64,000 bases of DNA from Planctomycetota bacterium (GTDB lineage Bacteria; Planctomycetota; GCA-002687715; CAIWVZ01). Below the pieces are notes generated by a model. That model was not told where the DNA came from. It did not search any database and was given only the letters and a program-made list of their open reading frames with translations. Shown here one piece after another: positions 1 to 10,330 of this stretch. Numbering within the stretch: the stretch's first letter is position 1; every line of letters begins with the position of its first letter. Made by a program: the position numbers and the translations under genes. The stretch covers positions 402,425 through 466,424 of the forward strand of contig JBGANV010000005.1 of NCBI GenBank assembly GCA_044222185.1, written 5' to 3'.

Positions 1-246
1 GACTCGAAGTTCGACTCCGGCTGCGGGTGGCCGAGCTTCGACCGCCCGATGGCCGGCCAGGGAATCGAGGAACACGCGGACCGCAGCTTCGGGATGGTGC
101 GGACGGAAGTGACGTGCGCCCGCTGCGGCGCACACCTCGGACATGTCTTCGACGATGGCCCGACGCCCACGGGCCTGCGTTACTGCATCAACTCGGTGTC
201 GATCGACCTGAAGGCCGACGAGAAGGCGGCGGACGAGAAGAAGTAG
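1..246 (+). CDS. msrB: Peptide-methionine (R)-S-oxide reductase MsrB, 5'-truncated by window edge
   Basis: Frame from base 1 reads [13 protein letters not shown]...[30 protein letters not shown], the diagnostic MsrB motifs. Confidence 0.96.
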   Translation, partial: DSKFDSGCGWPSFDRPMAGQGIEEHADRSFGMVRTEVTCARCGAHLGHVFDDGPTPTGLRYCINSVSIDLKADEKAADEKK

Positions 247-279
247 ACGAACGCGCGCCGCCAACGGCGCGCAGCCGAC

Positions 280-1962
280 TCACACGCCGAGTTCGAGGTC
301 CAGACCGTTGGTCACCTGGTAGATGGGATTCTGTGACGCCGGAACCAGGATGGCCTGAAGGCGGAAGGTCACGCATTCGACGGCGGGATCGCTCGGAAGC
401 GGCCCCGTCAACGACCAACCGCCGCTGGCGTTCGTCGTGAATGCCGTGAGGATGTCGAGCCCCAGGACCCAGAGGTAGCCCTGGCACCCTCCAACGAGTT
501 CGGTCGGCCCGGGCGGAATGGCACTCACGAGGAGGAGCCCCGCGGTCGACGGAACGGCCCCCGAGACCGACAACGTGCCGATCGAACCGAGGACTGGCGG
601 CGTGCCGCTCAGTGATGGCCCGGGGAGACCGCCATAGGAGCATCCGAAACCCACCGTGAACACCAGCGCGGTGTGCCGGACGACGGACAGCTTGAACGTC
701 CCTTGCTGGCCGTTGTAGCCAGCCACGCGAATGAAGTACGCATGGCCCGCGATCGTCGGGAACGTGACGTCGGTCAGGAATCCCTGCGGCCCGCATCCCG
801 AATCGTCGGCACACCCGACGATGTCCCCCGCCGAAGGACACGTGGGCGAATCATAGACCGTGATCTGAGAGTCCGTCATCGTGCCCCCGGCCGCGACCGT
901 GGGACACGTGGAGACCGTCGCCTCACCGGTGCATCCGGCGATCCAGAAGAAGAAGACGTCGCTTCCTCCCAGGTTGCCGAGCGCACCGCACGCGGTGGCG
1001 AACGTCGGTGAATTCGAGAGGGTCGCGCCGACGTTCGTGTACAGACCCGACGCCGGGTTGAGACCCTCGGCGAGTTGGATCGCGCCGAAGCACTCGTCGT
1101 TCGGGAGCTGGACGAGGAGCGCGATGAGCCCGGTCGCCGTCCGGTTCGAGGAATCCGTCGCCGTGAGGGGCAGGTTGTAAGGAGCTGCCTGCACGCCGGG
1201 CGGCAGGACGTAGGCGAGCGAGAACGTGCGGTCGCCGGCCACGGCGTCGCCATGCGTTCCGTCGTCGAAGAACGTGGCGTTGGCGGATCCGCCGACTGCG
1301 GCGAGGTTCGCGTGCACGCTCACGGCGGTCGGCGGGTTGGGTGGTGCCGTCGCCGTGACGGCGGCCGTGAGCAGAACGTTGTTCGCGATGACGACCGCGC
1401 TCGGCGACGCCGCTCCGGCCACCTGGAGAGTCGGGGCGGTCACGACGGCGAGCGTGTAATCCTCCGTATTGCCGAATCCCGCGCTGCCGCAGGCGGACGG
1501 TGGCCCTCCCGGGCAGCATCCGTCGAACACCAAGCGCACGCGCATGCGGACCGACGCGGCGCTCCCAGCAGGCGGCGTGACGTTCGCGACGAACGTCCGC
1601 GTGGTTCCGCCGCCGGCCGTCAACGAAAGCGGGATCGTCTCGTTGGAATCGAGGAAATCACCGTCGGCGTTCCAGTCGCAGAACGCGGTGACCTGATCCC
1701 CGGGGAGATAACGGCTCACGGTGACCGTCATCGGTGACGGAACGCCGGGCACGAGCGACGTCGACGTCGACGTGTAATCCTCGTAGCCAGGCGGCGCGAC
1801 ACACGCGGAGCTTCGGTCGATGGACGCGAGCTGCACGCGGCTGATGTACTCGTCGCTCCCGCAGTTGAATCCCGTGTTGGGAGCGCTGCAGTACTGGGCG
1901 CGTGCGACTGGAACGCTGAGGACGATCGTCGCACACAGTGCGGCGAGTTGGGACGACTTCAT
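280..1962 (-). CDS. Secreted multidomain protein (GEVED-like domain, choice-of-anchor-X-like segment, shared C-terminal domain)
   Basis: Signal peptide ending VARA-Q; YISRVQL..IDRSS.C, DWNADGDF.D and GNTEDY (GEVED-like); FFDDGTHGDAVAGDRTFS; PNDEC..A; C-terminal GC.YG..TNASG..Q..TNGL domain. Confidence 0.75.
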   Translation of the reverse strand: MKSSQLAALCATIVLSVPVARAQYCSAPNTGFNCGSDEYISRVQLASIDRSSACVAPPGYEDYTSTSTSLVPGVPSPMTVTVSRYLPGDQVTAFCDWNADGDFLDSNETIPLSLTAGGGTTRTFVANVTPPAGSAASVRMRVRLVFDGCCPGGPPSACGSAGFGNTEDYTLAVVTAPTLQVAGAASPSAVVIANNVLLTAAVTATAPPNPPTAVSVHANLAAVGGSANATFFDDGTHGDAVAGDRTFSLAYVLPPGVQAAPYNLPLTATDSSNRTATGLIALLVQLPNDECFGAIQLAEGLNPASGLYTNVGATLSNSPTFATACGALGNLGGSDVFFFWIAGCTGEATVSTCPTVAAGGTMTDSQITVYDSPTCPSAGDIVGCADDSGCGPQGFLTDVTFPTIAGHAYFIRVAGYNGQQGTFKLSVVRHTALVFTVGFGCSYGGLPGPSLSGTPPVLGSIGTLSVSGAVPSTAGLLLVSAIPPGPTELVGGCQGYLWVLGLDILTAFTTNASGGWSLTGPLPSDPAVECVTFRLQAILVPASQNPIYQVTNGLDLELGV

Positions 1963-2187
1963 CGATTGAGCACCTCTGGCGGCGGATCGCGGTGCGGGGT
2001 CGGCACCGCCTCAGCGCGGGACCACGGGTCACGCCAGTTGCGCGCTGAAGGCACCGGCCACTCCGTCTGCGCGGCAGTGGCACGACGCCAGGGAACGGCG
2101 ACAGGTTACCGTCCACGCCGCGCGCCCGCCACTCGCCTGCCGCGCCGTCCTCTGGGGCGATTGCACGCCGCGAGATATCACCGCACG

Positions 2188-3363
2188 GTGGACTCTATTT
2201 ATCGAAGTGAGATCAACCGCGACGTCCGCGCGCCACTCCCCGGCGAGTTCAAACCGATCACGGTCGGAAGCTTGCGGATCTGGCCACCGGTCGTTCTCGC
2301 GCCCATGGCGGGAGTGACGAACTACCCGTTCCGCGCGCAATGCCGCAAGTACGGCGCGGGCCTCTACGTCAGCGAGATGATCACGGCACGACCGCTCGTC
2401 GAGGGGCATCGCAAGACGCTGAAACTCGCGGACTTCGGTCCGGACGAATCGCCCCGCAGTCTCCAGCTCTACGGGGTCGATCCGCACTACGTGGGCGAGG
2501 CCGTCCGGTTGCTGGTGTCGGAGGGTCGCGTCGACCACATCGACATGAATTTCGGCTGTCCCGTACCCAAGGTGACGCGTCGCGGCGGCGGCGCGGCGTT
2601 GCCCCTGAAGCGCAACCTCCTGCGCGCGATCGTCCGATCGGCCGTGCGGAACGCGGGATCGGTCCCCGTGACGATCAAGTTCAGGATCGGCGTGAATGAC
2701 GGGCTGATCACGTACCTGGACGCGGGCCGCATCGGCGAGGAGGAAGGATGCGCGGCGGTCGCGCTGCACGCGCGGACCGCGGCCCAGCTTTACCACGGCG
2801 AGGCCCGCTGGGACGCGATCGCGCGCCTCAAGGAACACGTCAGGAAGATCCCCGTGCTCGGGAACGGCGACATCTGGGAGGGGCACGACGCGCTCCGCAT
2901 GATGCGCTCGACGGGCTGCGACGGCGTCGTCGTGGGACGCGGGTGCCTGGGCCGGCCGTGGCTGTTTCGTGATCTCGCCGATGTGTTCGAGGGGCGCGAA
3001 CCGCAGAACCCTCCGCGGTTCGGTGAAGTGACGCAGATCATGATCGAACACGCAGTCTTGCTCGCGGAGTGGGTCGGCGAGCTGAACGCCATGCGGATGT
3101 TCCGCCGTCACGCGGCCTGGTACACGAAGGGGTTCCGGGGAAGCGCCGCCGTGCGTGAGCGACTCAGCGCCATGGAAACGCTGGACGACCTGCGCCGGTG
3201 CGTGGCGACCATCGACGCCGACGAACCGTTCCCGCCGGCCGCCATGCGCGTCGTCAGGGGCAAGTCCACGGGGACGCAGTCCGTCGCACTCCCGCCCGGG
3301 TTCCTCGACGACCTGGAAGACCTCACGCCTCCGTGCGCGGAGGAGCCGGGTGACGGCGGCTGA
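2188..3363 (+). CDS. dusB: tRNA-dihydrouridine synthase DusB
   Basis: LAPMAGVT, NFGCPVPKV, HART, GNGDI and GRGCLGRPWLF motifs; start moved from 1948 to the in-frame GTG at 2188 because the upstream extension is not protein-like. Confidence 0.9.
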   Translation: MDSIYRSEINRDVRAPLPGEFKPITVGSLRIWPPVVLAPMAGVTNYPFRAQCRKYGAGLYVSEMITARPLVEGHRKTLKLADFGPDESPRSLQLYGVDPHYVGEAVRLLVSEGRVDHIDMNFGCPVPKVTRRGGGAALPLKRNLLRAIVRSAVRNAGSVPVTIKFRIGVNDGLITYLDAGRIGEEEGCAAVALHARTAAQLYHGEARWDAIARLKEHVRKIPVLGNGDIWEGHDALRMMRSTGCDGVVVGRGCLGRPWLFRDLADVFEGREPQNPPRFGEVTQIMIEHAVLLAEWVGELNAMRMFRRHAAWYTKGFRGSAAVRERLSAMETLDDLRRCVATIDADEPFPPAAMRVVRGKSTGTQSVALPPGFLDDLEDLTPPCAEEPGDGG

Positions 3364-3381
3364 CGGCGAGCGTCGCGTCCG

Positions 3382-6300
3382 TCACCGCTCCGGGATCAAC
3401 GCTTCGGCTTCGCGGAGGAACGCGGCGATGTCGCCGTCGGTCGCGAACTCCGGTTCGCGAATCCGCTCGCGCGCGAGTTGGAGCGTCGCTCGCGCCTCGT
3501 CCATCTTCCCCGCCTTGAACTGCGCCATGGCAAGCACGACGAGATCGAGCGGATGCGGCGCGCCGATCAGCGTGCGCTGCATCTGATTGCACCGTTCGAG
3601 CGTCGCGATCGCGTCGGTGAACTTGCCGGCTCGATACTCGGCCACTCCACGCGTGTTGAGGAACCCCGCCTGCTCGGGCCAGGCCTTGCACACGATCTCC
3701 GCGGCGCGCAGCGCGAGTGCCACGCCGTCCGGGTCCGTCGTGCGATTGCGGGCCAGGTCCCAGGCTTGACTGTTGAGCTGCGTAGGATGGTCGCCCCGCG
3801 CGCGCGCCCGCGCCACCGCATCCGCCCGCACGTCGTCCGGCAGTGAGGCGTCGTCCTCCAGCGCGCGTGTCACGCGCTCGACGAGGACACGCGTGCCGAA
3901 GAGCGGCTCGACGAGGTCGCGTGTCGCGCGCACGCGCTCCCGCGCGACCAGATCGGCGTCGGGAACGGCGCCCTCGCAGAACCGCAGCCCATTCCCCGTG
4001 GACGCCACGAGTGCGCCCGCGACCCACGCGATGGCGTTGACCGACAACGCGCGCGGTGGTCGGTCCAGCAGCAGCGGCGCCGTGTCGTCCATGTCCCACA
4101 GGTAGAGGGCGCCGTCGGCACCGGCGAATGCCACGCGAGACTCTTCCGGCAGGTACGTCGATGCGACGACACCGCCCGCCGGCAGGCTCGTCGTCGCGGT
4201 GGCGGCCCCCGTATCGACGTTCCACGAGAACACCCGCCCATCGTCGCCGCCGGAAGCAACGTGTCCTCCGTCGGGCGTGGCCGTCAGCGTGCGGACCGAG
4301 CCCGCGTGTCCCGCGAGGACGTGGACCGAATCCCCGCTCGCGAGATCCCAGATCTCGAGAGGCCCGTGCACGATCTCGGCTGATGGTCGCGACACCGGTG
4401 CCGCGGCAGGGTCGGGTGCGTCGGCCGCGACGGCCACGAGTCGCCCGTCGCCGACGACGATCATTCGGCGAATGGCCCCCGAGCAGGTTCCCAGTCGCGT
4501 CGTTCCGCCCGCTTGCGCCCGGCGGATCACCACGACGGAGCCGTCTCCGCATCCCGCGAGGATCGCCGTGCCATCCGGCAACCACGCGAGCGCCGTGCAC
4601 GTCGCCGGGAGCCGCTCGTTGGCGAACGCGATCTCGCGCCCGTCGATGCCGAGCACGTGAACCCGGCGGCCATCGCCGGCCACCGCGACCATCGATTCGT
4701 CGGGCGAGAACGCACAGGCATGAAGCCATGTCGGCGAGGGGCTCGCGGACCAACGCAGCGCGCCCGTAACCAGATCCCAGAGCGTGATCGAACCCCAGCC
4801 GACGCTGACCCCGAGGCGAGATCTGGGGGCGAACGTGCCCGCGAGCGAAACGTCACCCGACGGTGGAACGACCGGCGTCGCCTCGTGCAGCGCCGTTGGC
4901 CACAGTTTCACCGTGCGGTCTTGGGCGGCGGAGACCAGCCAGCCACCGGCGTGCGAGTAGGCGACGCGAGTGACGACGGCGACGTGGCCTTCGAGCATCG
5001 CCACGACCGTCCCGGTACTCGGGTCGCGCAGCGCGATTGCGCCCGACGCCTCGCCCGACGCGAGCCCTCGCCCGCTGGGTGAGCGCGCGTGTGCGCCGGC
5101 GGAGAGGCTCGTCGCCGGCTGGCTGGACCACTTCGGAACACCATCCTGAACGCCGAGGAGCTTCAGACCGGTCTGTCGCTCGATGGGATCCGCCAGAACG
5201 AATCCCCCGCCGAACGTCCGCCCCGACGCTTCCGGACTCCGCCATCGCAGCGACCCAGTTCGTGCATCCAACGCGAACGTGCCGTAGGCGCTCGCGAGGA
5301 TCACCGAAGACTCGTCACCCGTGATTTCCGGTGTCTCGACCGTGTTCACGCTCACGGGCCACGACGCCACGTCGTCGCCCGAATCGCTCGCCACTCGCAC
5401 GACGCGTCCACCGTTGTCCGTGAGGAGTGTGAGCGTCCGTCCGTCCGTCGAGAATGCCCCGCGGACCACGTGATGCACGTCGGGCCGCTGCCAGATCTCC
5501 CGCCCCGTCTGCAGATCGAATGCCGCCGGCGGGTCGAACGTCATGCCCAACCGGCCATCCGGCGAGATCTCGTCGATCCGCAGCCCCCCGTTCGTCGGGG
5601 AAACGACGTCCTGCCGCGCACCCGTGGCCAGATCCCACCGAGAGACGGAATGATCGACGCCCAGGGTGACGAGCGAGTCGTCGTCGGCCGTGAATGCGAG
5701 ACGCACGACGACGTGAGGCGCCTGCAGCGTCTTCGCGCTGCGGTCGGCGATCCAGTTCAGTCGACGCCACTCGAACCGCCGCAGGTCGGGTGCGGCCAGA
5801 TCCAGGTGCGTCCGACACGCGCGGTAGTCGTGGCTGGCAAACGCCTGGAACGCCGCCGTGTAGTTCGCGCGATAGGCGTCGCGACGGCTGCGGGCCTCGG
5901 CGCTTCGAGCAGCCGTCTCGCTCGCGTTCGCCGCACGCAGGAGGTCGAGTGTGACGATCAGCGCAACCGTCAGAACGAGGATGATCCCGGCGAGGCTCGC
6001 CGCGAGCCACGGGTTCCGCTCGGCCCATCGACGGGCGCGACCGAGGGACGTGATCGGCCGCGCGAGGATCGGCTCGTGCTCGCGCACACGGCGCAAGTCC
6101 TCCGCCAAGGCGAGCGCCGTCTGGTACCGCTGGTCCTGGTTCTTCTCGAGGGCCGTCTCGACGACGACGCGCAGATCTGCCGGTGCCGACGGCTCGAGTC
6201 TCCGGATGTCCGGCGGGTCGTCGTTGAGGATGGATCGGTACAGGCCCTGGCGCGTCGGCGACGCGAACGGTCGTTCGAGCGTGATCGCCTCGAAGAGCGT

Positions 6301-7200
6301 GACTCCGAGGGCCCACACGTCGGCCCGTCGATCGACCGTGGCGTGCTGGCGCGAGATCTGCTCGGGCGCCATGTAGACGGGCGTGCCGAGCACGTCTCCG
6401 GACCGGGTCAGCGCCGCGCTGGCGTCGTCCTCGTCGCGCGCCAGGCCGAAGTCCATCAGCACGGGCTCGCCGTCCGCGCGCACCATGATGTTGCCGGGCT
6501 TGATGTCGCGGTGGATGACGCCCGCTTCATGCGCCACGTGCGTGGCGCGGCAGACGGACTCCATCAACCGGAGCGTCGCGAGCACGCGGGCGCGCCCCGC
6601 CGCGCCGCGGCGGCTCGATGGCGTGACCGGAGTCGTGGGCGTTCGGGACGACGCCTCGCCGTCGTGGGTCGCACCTTCGGAGCCGGGGGTACGCTGGAGC
6701 TTGTCGCGTGAGATCCGCGACGCCAGCGACTGTCCCTCCACGTACTGCATGACGATGTAGGGCGTGCCGTTTTCGGTTCCGGCATCGTGGATGGTGCAGA
6801 GCGCCGGATGCTGCAGCCGCGATGCGACGAGCGCTTCCCGCTTGAAGCGCGACAGGAGCTCCGGCGACATCGGCCCGCGATTGCGAAGCACCTTCACGGC
6901 AACTCGTCGCCCGAGGTTCGGGTCCTCCGCGAGCCAGACCACGCCCTGGCCACCACGACCCAGTTCGCGAATCAACCGGTAGGACCCGAACGTTCCGTCG
7001 GCGCTTCCGGGAAGGTCCGACGGGAACGGCTTTCCCCGCGCGAAGCTCGCGAACATGGAGTCTGCGTGCGCGAGCAGAGACTCCATCTTCGAGCGCAGCT
7101 CCGCGTCATTCCCGCAATGTTCGTCGAGGAACGCCCGGCGTGCGTCGCCGTCGAGCGTCAACGTCTGCCGGATCAGCGACTCGATCTGGGTCTCGTCCAT
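3382..7200 (-). CDS. Ser/Thr protein kinase with TM helix, WD40 repeats and C-terminal TPR-like region
   Basis: GRGGQG, VAVK, HRDIKPGN, DFGLA, YMAPE; hydrophobic helix; GH..WD-type repeats; C-terminal NTRGVAEYRAG TPR-like segment. Start probably ATG 7200 (alternative GTG 7278). Confidence 0.92.
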   Translation of the reverse strand: MDETQIESLIRQTLTLDGDARRAFLDEHCGNDAELRSKMESLLAHADSMFASFARGKPFPSDLPGSADGTFGSYRLIRELGRGGQGVVWLAEDPNLGRRVAVKVLRNRGPMSPELLSRFKREALVASRLQHPALCTIHDAGTENGTPYIVMQYVEGQSLASRISRDKLQRTPGSEGATHDGEASSRTPTTPVTPSSRRGAAGRARVLATLRLMESVCRATHVAHEAGVIHRDIKPGNIMVRADGEPVLMDFGLARDEDDASAALTRSGDVLGTPVYMAPEQISRQHATVDRRADVWALGVTLFEAITLERPFASPTRQGLYRSILNDDPPDIRRLEPSAPADLRVVVETALEKNQDQRYQTALALAEDLRRVREHEPILARPITSLGRARRWAERNPWLAASLAGIILVLTVALIVTLDLLRAANASETAARSAEARSRRDAYRANYTAAFQAFASHDYRACRTHLDLAAPDLRRFEWRRLNWIADRSAKTLQAPHVVVRLAFTADDDSLVTLGVDHSVSRWDLATGARQDVVSPTNGGLRIDEISPDGRLGMTFDPPAAFDLQTGREIWQRPDVHHVVRGAFSTDGRTLTLLTDNGGRVVRVASDSGDDVASWPVSVNTVETPEITGDESSVILASAYGTFALDARTGSLRWRSPEASGRTFGGGFVLADPIERQTGLKLLGVQDGVPKWSSQPATSLSAGAHARSPSGRGLASGEASGAIALRDPSTGTVVAMLEGHVAVVTRVAYSHAGGWLVSAAQDRTVKLWPTALHEATPVVPPSGDVSLAGTFAPRSRLGVSVGWGSITLWDLVTGALRWSASPSPTWLHACAFSPDESMVAVAGDGRRVHVLGIDGREIAFANERLPATCTALAWLPDGTAILAGCGDGSVVVIRRAQAGGTTRLGTCSGAIRRMIVVGDGRLVAVAADAPDPAAAPVSRPSAEIVHGPLEIWDLASGDSVHVLAGHAGSVRTLTATPDGGHVASGGDDGRVFSWNVDTGAATATTSLPAGGVVASTYLPEESRVAFAGADGALYLWDMDDTAPLLLDRPPRALSVNAIAWVAGALVASTGNGLRFCEGAVPDADLVARERVRATRDLVEPLFGTRVLVERVTRALEDDASLPDDVRADAVARARARGDHPTQLNSQAWDLARNRTTDPDGVALALRAAEIVCKAWPEQAGFLNTRGVAEYRAGKFTDAIATLERCNQMQRTLIGAPHPLDLVVLAMAQFKAGKMDEARATLQLARERIREPEFATDGDIAAFLREAEALIPER

Positions 7201-7608
7201 TCTTTGCAGCGGGGTGCGCGGGCCCCATCCGCTGGTGGCGACCCGGTCGTCACGCCGAGCCGCCGCCACGGATCCCACGCGGGGGGCACTCTACATGACG
7301 AGGCGCGGGGGACGACGCACCCGCCCACGCGTCGAGCGGCCTCCGTCGCGCGGTCGAATCGGCGCGCCCCAAGGAAATTCCTCCGGGTCGAGCGGGTTGG
7401 CGGCGCCAGCACCGAACCCCCGCTCGCCGGCGTCCGACGAAGGGGTGACGCACCCGACCGATGGCGACCGCCGATCCCCGGGGCGACTCCGGCGAATTCC
7501 GCCTGACGGAGTCCCAGCTCCGCGCCATCGGCGCGAACGCGACGGGGGCTCGCCTCGCCGGCCCGAATGAGGCTTGCTTCGTCGAGCGCCGTTCCGTGAA
7601 ATGCTCCG

Positions 7609-10272
7609 GTGCTTCGGAGGACATTCATCAGTGGGCTGGTCCTGGCGGGGGCCATCGTCCTGGCGGCGATCGTGGCGTGGGGCCTCGCGTCCGCCGGCAC
7701 CAGGGACGAGATCACGGCGCGCCCCGGCGAAGCGACTCCCGCGGCGCCCGACGATCGGGCTGCCGAATCGCGCCGCGCGCCGACCCCCGCGGCACCGGTA
7801 CGTGCGCGCCCGTTCACGGAACCGATCGATCCGGATCTGGGCGACGCGCCGCTCCAACGACCGCCGAACGAGGGCGTTCGCATCGTCGTGACGGACGGTC
7901 CCGGCGGCCCGCCCGTCGCGCACGCCGACGTGCACTGCGGGTCCTATCTCGGCGCGGAGTCGGACTTCCGGTTCGGGACGACGGTCCTGCAACTCGGCAA
8001 CTCCGAGGACGCGGCGCTCGACGGATTTCCACCGGCGGTCGCGGCGGAGCGGCGACTGCGGGAACGCGGATGGCACACGCGCACGGGGCCGGACGGTGTG
8101 GCGATCGTCCCTCGCGCGTCGCTGGCGCGCTCCGTCCTCGCCCGCACGGGGTCCAAGTCCGCGCTCATGCGTCTCGACGTGCGCGAGGACTCGCTCACCG
8201 TCGCGCTGCAACCCGACCTTCCCTGCGACGTGCGCGTGGTTCAGGCGGATGGCGCGCCGGCACCGGGGATCGACGTCGTGATGGGCATCGTGCGCGGCGG
8301 CACGACGTCCTTCGACGAGCGACCCACCAGAAGCGGTCCCGATGGCGTGGCGAAGCTCGGGAACCTGCGCTTGCTGCCATTCATCGGTCCAGGCATGGCG
8401 ATCGCCTGCGAAGCCCGCGGCGTCATCGCGCCGGACTGCCGCCTCGTCGTCCCTTTCGAGTCGATCGAGGCCGAGCGCCGCCGGCCCCTCGGCGATCTTC
8501 GACTTCCGGCGATGGGTAGGCTCCTCGTCTCCATCGTCGACCGCCGCGGGCAACCGATCCAGGGACGGGCGACGGTGCGCGTATCGCTCGACGCTCGTCA
8601 GCGGGTCCCCCCACGTGCGATGCGCACACCGGTCACGCGCGCCCAGGAGTTCGACGCCGTGGAACCGATCCTGATCCCAAGGATCGCCCTGGGGGAACCC
8701 GTGATGGTCGAAGGCCGACGGGCCGGACTCCCCTCCCTCCGGAAGACCGTGACCGTCACGGACCCGGACGAGCCATTGGTCGTCGCACTCCGCCTCCCGT
8801 TCAACGTCGTCCCCGTCGTCGGACGCCTCGTGGATGACGCGAGCCGACCGCTCGGTCCGGAGTGGCGAGTCGACGCAACGGTCGTGACCGAGAGCGGCGC
8901 GTCCGCGACGGCGAGCGCGCGAATGCTCGATGACGGAGCCTTCACCTTCCCGCACCAGCTGAAGCGCGACGATCCTCCGCGGCGAGTGCAATTCGTGGTG
9001 CACCGCTTCCTGAACCCACTGTCGTTCGAAGGCGAAGGTTCGTTCACGGCACCGATCCCGGAGGACGCTGCCAAGATCGACCTGGGGACGATCGTCCTCG
9101 CACAGATCCCCGTCGTCGCGGCCGGTCTCGTGGTCGACGAAGACGGTGAGCCGGTCGAGGGTGCGAGCGTCGACGTGGTGCGCCCCGATCGCGCGGAACT
9201 CACGAACGAGGACGGTTCCGAATGGACCGTCGACGCGGAGCTTGGCTCACCTACGGGATACGACGGCCGATTCGTCCTCCGCGGCCGCATGAAGGTGCCG
9301 ACGCTGCGCCTGCGCGCGTCCGTCGACGGGTTCACGTTCGAGCCCGTCGAGGTCGCAAACGGAGCGAAGGACGTCCGGCTCACCGTCTCACGCGGCGTCG
9401 TGCTCTCAGGGCGACTGGCGCCGCCGAGCGGATTCCGGCCGACCGAGTTCACGCTGGTTGCGCGCGTCACGCCCACGCGAGCCGAGCGCGCCGTCGACTC
9501 GACGCGGTTCGCCACGATCCTGCCCGACGGTCGTTTCCGGTTTCCGCCGTTGCCTGTGGGCGAAGCGACGGTCTACCTGCGACACGAGAACGCGGCCACG
9601 ATCGCGCTCAGGGTCGTGGACGGCGTCGTCCTGCCCAAGGCTGGATCCGTCATCGACTCACGGCTCGACCCGCTGCTCGTGCCCGCCGGATTCAACGCAT
9701 TCACGCTGAATGCGGCCAGCGCCGACGGAAGGCCGCTTTCCGAAGTGCTCGTCGTCGCCCATTCGCGCGAGGCCGAGCGCGTGCCGCGGGGCGTCCTCGA
9801 CGAGCACGCGCCCATCGATCCCGCCGTGCGGCTCGTGCGCGCTCTGCATTTCATCTTCCCGGACTCCACGCCTCGATCGTTCACGGTCTCGGCCGTGGGA
9901 TTCAGGACCCAGACCATCACGGACGTGGTCACGGATCGCACCGTGATCGTGGAACGCGGCATGCCCGTCGCGATCACGGTGGAGAACCTTCCGCCGATGA
10001 AGGCCGGATTCGCGGCCGGGGTGACGCTCGAGCTCGAAGGGCAGTCCGTTTCCACGTCTGCGCCGTGTGACGGCAAGGGCGTGGCGTTGCCCGCGGTGAC
10101 GGTCCCGGGCACCTATCGCGTTTCGCTGACGCTCGCCCCGCCGCGGTCGAGCCTGTTCATGGTGCCCGAGCCCGTTCCGCTCGGCAGCGTGACGGTCGGC
10201 ACCGTGCCGCCTGCGCCGGCGACGTTCCGACTGACGGACGAGCAGGTGAAGGAGATCCTCAGCTCGATGTAG
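7609..10272 (+). CDS. Membrane-anchored protein with repeated carboxypeptidase-regulatory-like (beta-sandwich) domains
   Basis: N-terminal TM/signal; repeated G.VVD.DG.PV.GA.V and T..DG.F motifs. Confidence 0.7.
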   Translation: MLRRTFISGLVLAGAIVLAAIVAWGLASAGTRDEITARPGEATPAAPDDRAAESRRAPTPAAPVRARPFTEPIDPDLGDAPLQRPPNEGVRIVVTDGPGGPPVAHADVHCGSYLGAESDFRFGTTVLQLGNSEDAALDGFPPAVAAERRLRERGWHTRTGPDGVAIVPRASLARSVLARTGSKSALMRLDVREDSLTVALQPDLPCDVRVVQADGAPAPGIDVVMGIVRGGTTSFDERPTRSGPDGVAKLGNLRLLPFIGPGMAIACEARGVIAPDCRLVVPFESIEAERRRPLGDLRLPAMGRLLVSIVDRRGQPIQGRATVRVSLDARQRVPPRAMRTPVTRAQEFDAVEPILIPRIALGEPVMVEGRRAGLPSLRKTVTVTDPDEPLVVALRLPFNVVPVVGRLVDDASRPLGPEWRVDATVVTESGASATASARMLDDGAFTFPHQLKRDDPPRRVQFVVHRFLNPLSFEGEGSFTAPIPEDAAKIDLGTIVLAQIPVVAAGLVVDEDGEPVEGASVDVVRPDRAELTNEDGSEWTVDAELGSPTGYDGRFVLRGRMKVPTLRLRASVDGFTFEPVEVANGAKDVRLTVSRGVVLSGRLAPPSGFRPTEFTLVARVTPTRAERAVDSTRFATILPDGRFRFPPLPVGEATVYLRHENAATIALRVVDGVVLPKAGSVIDSRLDPLLVPAGFNAFTLNAASADGRPLSEVLVVAHSREAERVPRGVLDEHAPIDPAVRLVRALHFIFPDSTPRSFTVSAVGFRTQTITDVVTDRTVIVERGMPVAITVENLPPMKAGFAAGVTLELEGQSVSTSAPCDGKGVALPAVTVPGTYRVSLTLAPPRSSLFMVPEPVPLGSVTVGTVPPAPATFRLTDEQVKEILSSM

Positions 10273-10330
10273 GCGACCGTGGTCGCATCGACCTCCGCAA
10301 GCATTCGCCGCCGCCGGATGAAATGCCCCC